A DNA stretch of 64,000 nt from an uncultured bacterium (GCA_937864235.1 CALMJI010000018.1:8939-72938), one strand, 5' to 3'. Shown: positions 31,481 to 42,162, counted from the stretch's first letter. A program made the numbers and translations. The notes: a model not told the origin generated them from the letters alone.

Positions 31481-31507
31481 ATTTTACCCCCCCGGAGCTT
31501 TTGTCAA
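31481..31507 (-). promoter_or_regulatory. Promoter with a G7 tract in the spacer
   Basis: TTGACA-AAAGCTCC-GGGGGGG-TAAAAT (15-bp spacer). Confidence 0.55.
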
Positions 31508-31614
31508 GTTTTTTGAATGGTTTTTATATATATTTTTTGTTATATACCTTAGTTTGGGTTTTGGCAACGGTTGCAATTGTGGATATGTTTGGGTTGTAAT
31601 TGTGAATATTAAAT

Positions 31615-31716
31615 TATCTACCCTACCTCTTCGGGGACTTACTCCTAAGGGGAACAGAAAGCAAGCTACAAAAACAGCCCCCTCCACCTGCGGGTAATCC
31701 CTCCAAAAGGAGAGAA
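31615..31716. repeat. Two degenerate double-hairpin repeat copies
   Basis: TATCTACCCT..CTCCTAAGGGGAACA and CCCTCCACCTGCGGGTAATCCCTCCAAAAGGAG resemble the 13844/30152/55788 copies. Confidence 0.6.
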
Positions 31717-31724
31717 AACAAATA

Positions 31725-34223
31725 CTAAGATATAATAATAACTATCTTTTTAGCTTGATTAACTATAATTTTTTTGGGAGTATTGGAGTTTAGGATTTGC
31801 TGTACTTTGGGTGAATTTAGAACTTGGGCTTGAATACCATGTTCAGTTGCATCAGCTGAGACTGTAACTATATCTCGCATTTTACCATTAATATGAATTT
31901 GATAATCTATTTTGCTCTGCACTAGTTTTGTCTCATCATATTGAGGCCACTGAGATTGATGTATGCTTGTTGTCTCTCCTAACATTTCCCATAATTCTTC
32001 TGCTAAATGTGGGGCAAATGGAGCTAAGAGCTTGAGGTATTGTTTGATATAATCTATTTGAATATTTTGTTTTTGATAAGAGTTCAAAAATTCCATTAAG
32101 CTACTAATACAGGTATTGTATTTTTGATTATCTATATCTTGAGTTATTTTTTGAATTAAATAGTTAATATCATAGTCTAGCTTATTCTGATCTTGAATCG
32201 GCTCCAGATTATCGGATTTGATATCTTCTACCCATTGATAGACTCTCTTTAAAAATCTACTGCACCCGATTAAGCCTTTGGTGTCCCAAGCAATAGCTTC
32301 ATCGTATGGCCCCATAAACATTTCATAAACTCGCAAGGAGTCAGCACCAAATGATTCTACCATTTCAATTGGATCAACAGTATTACCTTTGGATTTTGAC
32401 ATTTTGACTCCTCCTTCGGCTAAAATCATACCGTGCTTAATTCTGGTCTGATATGGCTCTTGTGTTGGTACTACTCCGATATCATATAAAAATTTATGCC
32501 AAAATCTTGAATACAAGAGATGTACTGTAACATGTTCCATTCCTCCATTATACAAATCTACTGGTAGCCATTCTTGTAGTAAATTTTTATCAGCTAAAAC
32601 CTCGTCATTATTAGGGTCAATATACCTAAGATAATACCAAGAGCTTCCTGCCCAATTTGGCATAGTATCTGTCTCTCGCATTCCCTCTACCCAAGTATTA
32701 TCTGGTCTTGGATTTTGTCTTGAGATTGCCTGTCCTGTAATAATATTATACCAAACTTCCACCCAATCTTTGGCTTGAGCTAAAGGTCCATCTCCTAAGC
32801 CTTGTGGAATATATGACTCAATTTCTGGTAATTCTAATGGTAAATCTGAGATGGCAAGTGGGACTGCATATTGTAATATATCATCTACTTCTCTAGTAAT
32901 TGCTTTTGGGGGTAGGAATTCAGTAATCTCACCTGATAACATTTTATAATCATGCTCACTAATCCATACTATTGGGAATGGTTCGCCCCAATATCTTTGT
33001 CTAGAGAATACCCAATCTCGAAGTTTATATTGAATTTTTTGCTGACCTAGATTCTGATTTGTTAATTCTTGAGTTAATTGTAGTTTAGCTTCGGTTGTAG
33101 ATAAGCTATTATATGACTCTGAGTTCTCTAGGATATTTTGCTCTGTAATGACATTAATAATTTCTAAATTATATTTCTCGGCAAATTCTCTGTCTCGCTC
33201 ATCATGAGCAGGTACCGCCATTACAGCTCCGGTTCCATAATTCATAAGTACATAATCGGCTGTCCAAATTGGGATTTGCTTGCCGGTAAGTGGATGTATT
33301 GCATAGGCTCCCGTAAATACTCCTGTTTTATATTTTTCTTGCTGACGGTCTAAGTCACTTTTGGATTTGGTTTGCTCATGATATTGTTGGACTTGACTCT
33401 GATATTCTGCTGTTGTAATTTTATTCAAAAGTGGGTGCTCAGGGGCTAATACCAAGAATGTCACCCCAAACAAAGTATCTATTCTGGTGGTAAAGACTTC
33501 TACAAATTGAGTTGAGTTAGCAATTTGGAATTTTAATTGCACTCCTTCACTGCGGCCTATCCAATTTCTCTGTTGAGTTTTGATAACTGATAAATAGTCG
33601 ACTGTCTCTAAGTCTTTGTCCAATCTATCTGCATATTTGGTAATAGCTAGCATCCATTGTCTTAATGGAACTCTGGTACAAGGATGTCCTCCTCTCTCGG
33701 ATTTACCGTCTATAACTTCTTCATTGGCAAGGACGGTTTTTAGTTCTTCACACCACCAAACTTGGGTTGTATCCTGATAAGCAAGTCCTGCTTTGAACAT
33801 TTGCAACCAAATCCATTGTGTCCATTTATAATATTTAGGATCAGTGGTGTTTATCTCTCGGCTCCAATCAAAAGACAGTCCCAAAACTGCTAATTGTTTT
33901 TTAAAATTATTTATATTATCTGCAGTAGCTATAGCTGGGGAGATATTATTTTGTATTGCATAATTCTCTGTTGGTAAACCAAAAGCATCCCAACCAATTG
34001 GATATAATACTTGTTGCCCTTGCATACGATACATACGAGCCTTGATATCTTGAGCTACATAACTTCTAATATGCCCTACATGTAATCCTGCACCTGAAGG
34101 GAATGGGAATTCTACTAGAATATATTTTTTATCATCAGAAATCTGTTTATCCAAACTATAGTCTACAAAGCCTTCTGCCCATTTCTGAATCCACTTCTGT
34201 TCAATAATTCTATGATTATACAT
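31725..34223 (-). CDS. leuS: Leu-tRNA ligase
   Basis: FPFPSGAGLHVGH, CP1 editing FTTRIDT, SRQRYWG, KMSKS. Confidence 0.98.
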   Translation of the reverse strand: MYNHRIIEQKWIQKWAEGFVDYSLDKQISDDKKYILVEFPFPSGAGLHVGHIRSYVAQDIKARMYRMQGQQVLYPIGWDAFGLPTENYAIQNNISPAIATADNINNFKKQLAVLGLSFDWSREINTTDPKYYKWTQWIWLQMFKAGLAYQDTTQVWWCEELKTVLANEEVIDGKSERGGHPCTRVPLRQWMLAITKYADRLDKDLETVDYLSVIKTQQRNWIGRSEGVQLKFQIANSTQFVEVFTTRIDTLFGVTFLVLAPEHPLLNKITTAEYQSQVQQYHEQTKSKSDLDRQQEKYKTGVFTGAYAIHPLTGKQIPIWTADYVLMNYGTGAVMAVPAHDERDREFAEKYNLEIINVITEQNILENSESYNSLSTTEAKLQLTQELTNQNLGQQKIQYKLRDWVFSRQRYWGEPFPIVWISEHDYKMLSGEITEFLPPKAITREVDDILQYAVPLAISDLPLELPEIESYIPQGLGDGPLAQAKDWVEVWYNIITGQAISRQNPRPDNTWVEGMRETDTMPNWAGSSWYYLRYIDPNNDEVLADKNLLQEWLPVDLYNGGMEHVTVHLLYSRFWHKFLYDIGVVPTQEPYQTRIKHGMILAEGGVKMSKSKGNTVDPIEMVESFGADSLRVYEMFMGPYDEAIAWDTKGLIGCSRFLKRVYQWVEDIKSDNLEPIQDQNKLDYDINYLIQKITQDIDNQKYNTCISSLMEFLNSYQKQNIQIDYIKQYLKLLAPFAPHLAEELWEMLGETTSIHQSQWPQYDETKLVQSKIDYQIHINGKMRDIVTVSADATEHGIQAQVLNSPKVQQILNSNTPKKIIVNQAKKIVIIIS

Positions 34224-34274
34224 ATAATAAAAAGTTTAATTATACTATTATAGCATAGTTTTTAATTTTATTAA

Positions 34275-34955
34275 TTATTCAAGTGTAGATTGTGTTGACA
34301 CTCCTGTATTGTAATCATATTCTAATACTACCGCTTGAGAAGGGTTAATATTAAATTTAATGGTGTCTTCAATAGATAGTTTTTGAAAATACTTTAATAT
34401 AGATCGAATACTATCATGATGAGCTACAATCAAGACATTTTCATTTTTCTCTAAAATTGGTAATAAAGTATCCAGTATAAAAAGTTCTACTCTAGCATAT
34501 ACATCTTTGAGACTTTCTACTGAAGGTAAATTTTCTGGCGGAATACTAGCATATCTTCTATCTTGACTAGGGTGGTATCTATGATCTATTGCAATTGGAT
34601 TAGCTGTTTGGTCCCAGCTAGCATTAATCTCATTAATATTAGGATATTTTAAAAGAGCCTCTTGATAAGTTAAGCCTTGTACTGCACCATAATGTCTTGG
34701 GTTTAATCTCCAATCATGAATTTCTTTAATCCAAGAATGATACATACTATTCATTATAGTCCAAGCACTAACAATTGACCTTTCTAAAACTGAGGTTATA
34801 ACTATATCTATATCTGTATTATTATTTATTAATACATTTCCAATAGACTTTAAGACATCTTTTTGCTCCAGTAAAGGTACATCAGCCCAACCTATAAATC
34901 TATTTTCTTGGTCCCATTGACTATCCCCATGTCTTACTAATATAATCTTTGACAT
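34275..34955 (-). CDS. Divergent GpmA-like histidine phosphatase-family paralog
   Basis: RHG retained; NPRHYG in place of NERHYG; AHHDS in place of AHGNS. Confidence 0.8.
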   Translation of the reverse strand: MSKIILVRHGDSQWDQENRFIGWADVPLLEQKDVLKSIGNVLINNNTDIDIVITSVLERSIVSAWTIMNSMYHSWIKEIHDWRLNPRHYGAVQGLTYQEALLKYPNINEINASWDQTANPIAIDHRYHPSQDRRYASIPPENLPSVESLKDVYARVELFILDTLLPILEKNENVLIVAHHDSIRSILKYFQKLSIEDTIKFNINPSQAVVLEYDYNTGVSTQSTLE

Positions 34956-34958
34956 AAT

Positions 34959-35714
34959 TTATTTTGACTTAAAAATAGACTTTATTTTCTCTAAGAAGGT
35001 AGCTTTTCTGTCTGTACCACCTATAAGATAATATTTATTCAATACTTTCAAAGTATTTTCTTCTAATTCATATACTAATGGATTACCAGTAGGAATCTCA
35101 ATATCTATAATTTTATCATCTGAAATATTCTCCAAAAACTTAAGCATAGCCCTCAAACTATTACCATGAGCAGAAATTATTAGTCTTTTTCCTGATAAAA
35201 TAGCTGGCTTCAATTCCGACTCCCAATACGGTTGCACTCTATCTAGGGTATCTTTAAGAGACTCTCCGATTGGTAATTGCTCTACGGGGATATCATCATA
35301 TCGCTCATCATTGGCAGGATATCTAGAGTCATATTCAGATAATAAAGGTGGTTTAATTGAAAAGGCTCTTCTCCAAACTTTTACCTGATATTCACCAAAT
35401 TCTTCTACTGACTCTGCTTTATTCTTACCTTGTAGTCCTCCATAATGTCTTTCATTAAGATGCCAATCTTTGATGACAGGAATCCAAGTCATATGAGCTC
35501 CCTCTAGTGCATACTGTAAAGTATCTATCGCTCTATCCAACATAGAGGTGTAGGCTATATCAAATACAAATCCATTTTGTAATAAAGTTACTCCTGCTAC
35601 CCTAGCTTCTTGAATGCCAGTCACAGACAATTCTACATCAGTCCAACCAGTAAACTTATCTAGTTGATTCCAGACACTTTCTCCATGCCTCATTAGAACT
35701 AATGTATAGGCCAT
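34959..35714 (-). CDS. gpmA: 2,3-BPG-dependent phosphoglycerate mutase
   Basis: RHGES, FTGWTD, LNERHYG, WRR, AHGNSLR. Confidence 0.96.
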   Translation of the reverse strand: MAYTLVLMRHGESVWNQLDKFTGWTDVELSVTGIQEARVAGVTLLQNGFVFDIAYTSMLDRAIDTLQYALEGAHMTWIPVIKDWHLNERHYGGLQGKNKAESVEEFGEYQVKVWRRAFSIKPPLLSEYDSRYPANDERYDDIPVEQLPIGESLKDTLDRVQPYWESELKPAILSGKRLIISAHGNSLRAMLKFLENISDDKIIDIEIPTGNPLVYELEENTLKVLNKYYLIGGTDRKATFLEKIKSIFKSK

Positions 35715-35716
35715 AA

Positions 35717-36790
35717 TTATTCTTCATCTGAATTAGGAATGACACTATCGTCTACATCTGAAGTATCCATATTAGCATCTTCTTTAGCTAATACTTCTTT
35801 ATATAATTTATCCAATGTCTCTGGATTATCTCTAAGAGACTTACGAGCCGACTCTAATCCTTGCCCTATAGTATTACCTTCTAAATCTTGAATATAAGTT
35901 CCTTTCTTTTTAAGAACACCAACTTTAAGAGCTAAATTAATCAAATCTGTCTCTAGGGAAACCCCCTCATTATACATAATATCAAACTCTGCAACTTTGA
36001 AAGGAGCTGCAACTTTATTTTTTACAATCTTAGCTTTTGTTCTTGCTCCAATTACTTCTTCTCCTTTTTTGATCTGAGCCACTCGTTTAATCTCTATTCT
36101 AACAGAGGCATAAAATTTCAAAGCTTTACCTCCTGGTGTTTCAACTGGACTACCATACCCCATAGCTCCAATCTTCATACGAGTTTGGTTAGTGAATATA
36201 ATAGTAGTATTAGCTTTAGCAGATATAGCTGTCAACTTACGTAGAGCTTGTGACATTAACCTAGCTTGAATAGCTACATGAGAGTCTCCCATATCTCCTT
36301 CTATTTCCGCTTTAGGCACTATAGCTGCCACAGAGTCAAGAACAATAATATCTACATTGCCTGAATGCACTAAAGCTTCTACAATTGACAAAGCTTCTTC
36401 TCCAGTGTTAGGCTGAGAAATTAACAAATCGTCAGTATTTACTTTGAGCTTTTTGGCATATTCAGGATCTAGAGCATGCTCTGTATCAATAAATGCAGCA
36501 ACTCCACCTTCTTTTTGAGCATTCGCGATTACTTGTAAACAAATTGTAGTTTTACCACTAGATTCTGGTCCATAAATTTCTATAATTCTACCTTGAGGCA
36601 TCCCTCCAATACCAAGAGCTCTATCAAGAGAAATTGAACCAGTCGAATAAGCTTTGATATCAACTTTCTTGACATCTCCTAACTTCATCATTGACTCATC
36701 TCCGAATTTACTTTTAATATCTTCTAAGACTGATTGTATTTTCTCATTTTTACTAATCTTATCTGTGGATTTAGATTTATTCTTTGCCAT
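35717..36790 (-). CDS. recA: Recombinase RecA
   Basis: [30 protein letters not shown]. Confidence 0.99.
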   Translation of the reverse strand: MAKNKSKSTDKISKNEKIQSVLEDIKSKFGDESMMKLGDVKKVDIKAYSTGSISLDRALGIGGMPQGRIIEIYGPESSGKTTICLQVIANAQKEGGVAAFIDTEHALDPEYAKKLKVNTDDLLISQPNTGEEALSIVEALVHSGNVDIIVLDSVAAIVPKAEIEGDMGDSHVAIQARLMSQALRKLTAISAKANTTIIFTNQTRMKIGAMGYGSPVETPGGKALKFYASVRIEIKRVAQIKKGEEVIGARTKAKIVKNKVAAPFKVAEFDIMYNEGVSLETDLINLALKVGVLKKKGTYIQDLEGNTIGQGLESARKSLRDNPETLDKLYKEVLAKEDANMDTSDVDDSVIPNSDEE

Positions 36791-36816
36791 ATTACTTCTT
36801 ATTTAATATTAAATTA

Positions 36817-36845
36817 ATTATATCATATAAATGATTTACCTTCAA
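36817..36845 (-). promoter_or_regulatory. Probable recA promoter
   Basis: TTGAAG-17bp-TATAAT with a TG extension. Confidence 0.6.
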
Positions 36846-36856
36846 ATATTAAAAAT

Positions 36857-37717
36857 TTATCCCTGAAATCCGTATTCTAGAGCTGATTTACCTAATATAT
36901 AAATTTTTTCTCTTTTAGAGGTTCTTGCTCTTTTGGTCAAAACATCATAATTATTTTGCTCAATCTTATCTAGAATAGCTTCATACATACGGCTGGCCAT
37001 AATTACTGCAAATCTACCTCTTTTATTGAGATATTTGAGACCACTATCAGACTGTCTATACAAATTTCTAGCTCTTTTGATTTCAAATTTTATTAATTTT
37101 ATAAAATCTGCATTAATTTTATTATCTCTGATATTATTTTCTGTTACATTATATTTATGCATATCTTCTTGTGGCAAATAGATTCTTCCCCTTTCTTTAT
37201 AATCCTCTCCAATATCTCGAATAAAATTAGTTAATTGCATTGCCTCCCCCAAATATGGGGCATATTCCAGAGCTTTGATATTATTAAACCCAATTATATA
37301 ACTCATCATCAATCCTACCACTGAGGCTGAACCATACATATATGCTTGCAAGTCGGCATAGGTTTGATATCTATTCGTATACACATCCTGCTTCATAGCT
37401 GTAAGAAAATCCAGACTATATTGATAGGGAATTTCATATTTCCTAAAGACCTCAGCCGTAATATTCAAAACCGGATATTTTGTCTTATCCCCTGCATAGG
37501 CTTGATGCCACATTGCTTCCCAATCCTCTAACTCTTGTAATATGGCTTCTGGATTTTGGTTAATAGCATTATCTACAATTTCATCTGGAATACGAAAAAA
37601 ACTATATAAAGCATAAGTGGCTTGCCTTAAATTCATAGGCAAAAATCTAGTTGCAAAATAATAACTAGTCCCAAATTGCTTGGTGACAGCTTCTACTGCT
37701 TGAGTGTATTTGTCCAT
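36857..37717 (-). CDS. Phytoene/squalene synthase (CrtB-like)
   Basis: SYYFA, DEIVD, MQLTNFIRDIGED..RGRIYLP. Confidence 0.92.
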   Translation of the reverse strand: MDKYTQAVEAVTKQFGTSYYFATRFLPMNLRQATYALYSFFRIPDEIVDNAINQNPEAILQELEDWEAMWHQAYAGDKTKYPVLNITAEVFRKYEIPYQYSLDFLTAMKQDVYTNRYQTYADLQAYMYGSASVVGLMMSYIIGFNNIKALEYAPYLGEAMQLTNFIRDIGEDYKERGRIYLPQEDMHKYNVTENNIRDNKINADFIKLIKFEIKRARNLYRQSDSGLKYLNKRGRFAVIMASRMYEAILDKIEQNNYDVLTKRARTSKREKIYILGKSALEYGFQG

Positions 37718-37721
37718 ATTT

Positions 37722-38783
37722 TTAATAACCTCTATTCTCTATATATTGAATCAGTGAATTGAGCGCTAATTTAGTCTCGGGAGTAATATGTTGTTCTGTG
37801 GCTGTGATATTCTTAGCCTGTTCCAAATACTTATTTACTTTATCTCTAGTATAATCAAGAGCTCCGGTCTTTTGGAAAATCTCTATAATTTGAGCTTGGT
37901 CATTATCTGTAATATTAGGATTGCCCCAATATTTTTTTAATTCTTGTATATCTTTAGCATTAGCATTTTCTAAGACATATTGGGTTAAAAAGGTATGTTG
38001 ATGTTCTCTTATATCTGATAAAATAGATTTTTTAATAACCTTAGGATCAGCAATAATATCTAAAATATCATCCTGAGTTTGGAATGCAAGTCCCAAAGCT
38101 GTACCAAAATCCACACAGAATTTCAAAAGCTCTTTTTGCTTCCCAGCCAGAGTCACTCCTATTTGCATTGGTCTTACAAAGGTATACCCAGCGGTTTTGA
38201 GTCTCATCTTAGTCTCCACCAAGCTCATATCAATAGCCTCTCTGGTAATAACATTAACATCTATCATCTGGCCTATAGCCACCTCATCTATCATCTGATA
38301 AAATACCTTCCAAGCCTCAGCATAATTTGGCAAATGATTAAATTGATGGAATCTACCAATAGCCCATGAGAATAGCAAATCTCCTACTAATATAGCCTGA
38401 GAATGACCATAGTGTATTCTATTAGCAACATTTCTATGATTGTCGTGCATACCCTTGGAGACAAAAGTATGTAGGGTATCTACTCGATGCCTCATCTTAC
38501 CCTCATCAATAACATCATCATGTATTAAAGCAAAAGCATGAAAGATTTCCAATGAGACTAATAAGTCCATTATTTCTTCCCTATTATCACAACCTAAAGT
38601 TTCATACAAGGTATATGCCATATAAGGCCGTATACATTTACCTCCTCCAATAATAGATTTAGCATAATTGATAATTTTTAAAATTTCTGCATCTTGAGTA
38701 TATACAGCATATTCCTCAAATTTAGACTCAATAGCTTTTGCTAATACAGACTGAAATGCAGTCTTAAATTCAACTATATTCAT
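37722..38783 (-). CDS. Polyprenyl diphosphate synthase, likely short-chain FPP/GGPP type
   Basis: GGK.IRP, FALIHDDVID (Phe at -5 of FARM), GQMID, KT, FQTQDDILD. Confidence 0.92.
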   Translation of the reverse strand: MNIVEFKTAFQSVLAKAIESKFEEYAVYTQDAEILKIINYAKSIIGGGKCIRPYMAYTLYETLGCDNREEIMDLLVSLEIFHAFALIHDDVIDEGKMRHRVDTLHTFVSKGMHDNHRNVANRIHYGHSQAILVGDLLFSWAIGRFHQFNHLPNYAEAWKVFYQMIDEVAIGQMIDVNVITREAIDMSLVETKMRLKTAGYTFVRPMQIGVTLAGKQKELLKFCVDFGTALGLAFQTQDDILDIIADPKVIKKSILSDIREHQHTFLTQYVLENANAKDIQELKKYWGNPNITDNDQAQIIEIFQKTGALDYTRDKVNKYLEQAKNITATEQHITPETKLALNSLIQYIENRGY

Positions 38784-38849
38784 ATTTAACTAAGGGTATA
38801 ATTTATCAAGTTTTATTTATTTTATACTATATTTGTAATCTTTACAATA

Positions 38850-38870
38850 AAAACCGGGAATACCGGCTTT
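38850..38870. terminator. Possible bidirectional terminator hairpin
   Basis: AAAACCGG-GAATA-CCGGCTTTT. Confidence 0.4.
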
Positions 38871-38898
38871 TACTGTAACAAAACTAAAACAAATTTTA

Positions 38899-39138
38899 CT
38901 ATTTCTTATCTTCTTGTAATTTTTGAAGTTCTTCTTGTTGCTGCTTCTGTTGTTGTTCTTGCTTATACTCTTGATATGAAGTTAATCCCAAATATGACAA
39001 TGCGAATAGAACTTGATACAGAACTAAAGTAACTGTAACCAAAATTACCATTGCTTTTAATGCATAACGGGTTATAATCTCAGTCTTATAAATAAACTCT
39101 TTGTGACTTGGATGCTTTTCTAATAGTTTTTTACTCAT
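38899..39138 (-). CDS. Small single-TM hypothetical protein with a Q/E-rich tail
   Basis: One hydrophobic segment, coiled tail; TGATATAAT on the minus strand upstream. Confidence 0.65.
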   Translation of the reverse strand: MSKKLLEKHPSHKEFIYKTEIITRYALKAMVILVTVTLVLYQVLFALSYLGLTSYQEYKQEQQQKQQQEELQKLQEDKK

Positions 39139-39278
39139 ATTTATAATATATTAATTATTATAAATTAATTATATCACATTTTATATTTTTTGTCCAATAA
39201 AAAATTCACTGTATATACAAAACACAAAATATAAGTTATAATATATATAATAATGATAGTAATTTAATTATAAAATAT

Positions 39279-39740
39279 ATGTCCTATGGTAAACTAAGGA
39301 AAAATGTACTGGCAATCATATTTGATAAAGATGGAAATGTATTAATTGTCTCCAGAGCCAATGATCCTCTACATTGGCAATTTCCCCAAGGTGGGGTGAA
39401 TGAAAATGAGACTAATGAAGAAGCTATTATTAGAGAATTAGGAGAAGAACTAAATACTACAGACTTTACAATTTTAGATAAATGTCCCGAAAAACACACC
39501 TTTTATTTCCCTAAAAGATTGATTAGAGATGAGAATTTGGGACAAAAACAAACCATTATATTGTTAAGATTCAATGGGAGCACTCAATCAATAAGAGTTG
39601 ACCGTCGTGAATTGGGTGGATTTTTGTGGGTTTCACAAGCACAAATTGGAAAGTTTTTACACGAGTATCGTAAGCCAGTCTGGTATATTGTAATGAAATA
39701 CTTTTCACCAGAAAAAATAACCGAATTGCTTAATAATTAA
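39279..39740 (+). CDS. NUDIX hydrolase, RppH-like
   Basis: WQFPQGG, Nudix box GG...E....A..RE..EE, GQKQ. Confidence 0.88.
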   Translation: MSYGKLRKNVLAIIFDKDGNVLIVSRANDPLHWQFPQGGVNENETNEEAIIRELGEELNTTDFTILDKCPEKHTFYFPKRLIRDENLGQKQTIILLRFNGSTQSIRVDRRELGGFLWVSQAQIGKFLHEYRKPVWYIVMKYFSPEKITELLNN

Positions 39741-39745
39741 ATACC

Positions 39746-40960
39746 ATGTATCAGTCTAACCTCATCTCCAAAACTAGAAAACAAATTTCTCAAACAGAAG
39801 AGTCTTTGAATGCACAAATACTCATAAAATCTGGATATATCGAACAAGTTATGGCTGGGGTATATGCTTATTTACCTCTAGGATATAAAGTATTAAAAAA
39901 TATTGAGCAAATAGTTAGAGAAGAACTCAATAAAATATCTGCACAGGAGCTGCTCTTGCCTGCACTACACCCAAAATCTTATTGGGAGAAAACTGGAAGA
40001 TGGGAGAGTTTAGATGTATTATATAGATTTAAATCTTATTATACTTCTACCGAATTAGCTTTAGGATCTACTCACGAGGAAATTATTACTCCAATTGCTA
40101 AGAATTTTATTCAATCATATCAAGATTTACCCTTTGCTACTTATCAAATTCAAACTAAATTTAGGGATGAAAAAAGAGCAAAGTCTGGAATTTTGAGAGG
40201 TAGAGAGTTTATTATGAAAGATTTATATTCATTCCACAGCTCAACTGATGATTTGGATAAATATTATGAACTAGTAACTCAAGCATATCTGAATATCTAT
40301 AAAAGACTTGGAATAGGAGATATTACTCTTAAGACTTATGCTTCTGGAGGAACATTTAGTAAGTATTCACACGAGTTCCAAACTATATCAGATATTGGAG
40401 AGGATACTATTTTTGTGTGCGAGAAATGTAATATTGCAATTAATAAAGAAATTATCGAAGAACAAAAAACTTGTCCAGAATGTGATAATTCTGACTTGAT
40501 TCAAAAACAGTCTATTGAAGTTGGAAATATATTTAAATTACAGACTAAATATTCTGAAGCTTTTGATTTGGAATTTACTGATGAGAGTGGGGTAAATAAA
40601 CCCGTTATTATGGGATGTTATGGAATTGGAATCTCTCGATTAATGGGGACTTTAGTAGAAGTCTTTGCCGTGAATGAATCTAAAATGTTATGGCCAGAAT
40701 CTGTTGGTCCATTTGATATACATTTAATAACTCTTAATACAGACTCTGAGGAAGTGGTCAAAAAATCAGAAGAATTATATATTATGTTGCAGAAAGAAGG
40801 GAAAGATGTCTTATTTGACAATAGAAATGAAAGACCTGGTATAAAATTTGCAGAAGCAGATTTAATTGGAATTAATAAAAGAATTATTATTAGTTCCAAA
40901 ACCATAGCCCAGAATGGAGTAGAGATTGATGGACAAATAATTCCATTCGACAAAATATAA
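39746..40960 (+). CDS. proS: Pro-tRNA ligase, short form without the editing insertion
   Basis: THEE, KFRDEKR.KSGILRGREF.MKD.YSF, MGCYGIG; CxxC..CxxC insert. Confidence 0.95.
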   Translation: MYQSNLISKTRKQISQTEESLNAQILIKSGYIEQVMAGVYAYLPLGYKVLKNIEQIVREELNKISAQELLLPALHPKSYWEKTGRWESLDVLYRFKSYYTSTELALGSTHEEIITPIAKNFIQSYQDLPFATYQIQTKFRDEKRAKSGILRGREFIMKDLYSFHSSTDDLDKYYELVTQAYLNIYKRLGIGDITLKTYASGGTFSKYSHEFQTISDIGEDTIFVCEKCNIAINKEIIEEQKTCPECDNSDLIQKQSIEVGNIFKLQTKYSEAFDLEFTDESGVNKPVIMGCYGIGISRLMGTLVEVFAVNESKMLWPESVGPFDIHLITLNTDSEEVVKKSEELYIMLQKEGKDVLFDNRNERPGIKFAEADLIGINKRIIISSKTIAQNGVEIDGQIIPFDKI

Positions 40961-40980
40961 AGTAATCTATCTTATATATT

Positions 40981-42162
40981 CTACTTAGATTTAATAATCT
41001 CTATTGCTTTATCTAGTTGTGGATCTTTTTCTGCCTTAATATCATCAGATGTTAACTTGATTTCAAAATCTGGCTTAATACCCTCTTTATTAATAGCTAG
41101 TCCCGATGGGGTCACCCATTCTGCAATAGTATATTTTAAGACTGAACCATCAGCAAATTCTTTGGTACTTTGAACTAACCCTTTACCAAAAGTCTGCTCT
41201 CCTACCAATTTCACATCTTTTATATCTCTTAAAGCCCCAGCTACTATTTCAGAAGCACTGGCTGAGCCTTGATTAACTAATAAGACTAGTTTTATATCTT
41301 CATATTTAGGATTCTTCTTTGTTTTTAATTCTTTCACCATATCAGACTCTTTACCTTTTTCTATAACTGCTATTGATCCTTTTGGTGTAAATAGCTCCAC
41401 TACTTCTACGGCTGATTGTAAATATCCTCCAGGATTATTTCTTAAATCTAAAACTATCTCATCGATTCCCTTTTCTTTTAATTTTGATATCTCTAAATCT
41501 AATTCACTAGCTGTTTCTAACTGAAATTGAGACATAGCTATAACCCCAACTCCATCTTTTTCTTCCACTTCAATATTTGGGACATCTATAATATCCCGAA
41601 TAATCTTAAATTCTAATAAATCTGACTCCCCCTCACGTGCAATTTCTAATTTAACTTCTGTTCCTTTTTCTCCTCTAATTTTAGTGACAGCCTTCTCTAC
41701 ACTCAATCCAAATGTACTTTCTCCATTTATGGAAACTATAGCATCTCTTGGCAATAATCCAGCCTTACTAGCTGGAGTACCTTCAATTGGACTGACAACT
41801 ATTAACTGATCTTCTCTTAAACCAATTTCTGCTCCAATCCCTTGAAATTGACCCTCCAAACTTTCAGAAAAATCGCTATATTCTTTTTGTGATAAATACA
41901 CAGTATATGGATCTTCTAGAGATTCTACCAAACCTTTAATTGCACCCAACTCTGCTTCTGATTTATTGTTTATCTTATCTGGATAAAGATATTCTTTTTG
42001 TAAGAAATCATATACTTTTTGTAAAGAAGCTGTATTTACACCATTTGAAGTAGGATTATTTTGAGAAATGAAGCTATAAACATAATCTTGGAAATAAAAA
42101 CCTCCCAATACAAAAGATATTATTAAAAGAATAGCTGTAAATACAAAGTTAGAAAATTTCAT
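40981..42162 (-). CDS. S41 C-terminal processing peptidase
   Basis: PDZ GIGAEI, DLRNNPGG, SASASEI, TFGKG. Confidence 0.95.
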   Translation of the reverse strand: MKFSNFVFTAILLIISFVLGGFYFQDYVYSFISQNNPTSNGVNTASLQKVYDFLQKEYLYPDKINNKSEAELGAIKGLVESLEDPYTVYLSQKEYSDFSESLEGQFQGIGAEIGLREDQLIVVSPIEGTPASKAGLLPRDAIVSINGESTFGLSVEKAVTKIRGEKGTEVKLEIAREGESDLLEFKIIRDIIDVPNIEVEEKDGVGVIAMSQFQLETASELDLEISKLKEKGIDEIVLDLRNNPGGYLQSAVEVVELFTPKGSIAVIEKGKESDMVKELKTKKNPKYEDIKLVLLVNQGSASASEIVAGALRDIKDVKLVGEQTFGKGLVQSTKEFADGSVLKYTIAEWVTPSGLAINKEGIKPDFEIKLTSDDIKAEKDPQLDKAIEIIKSK

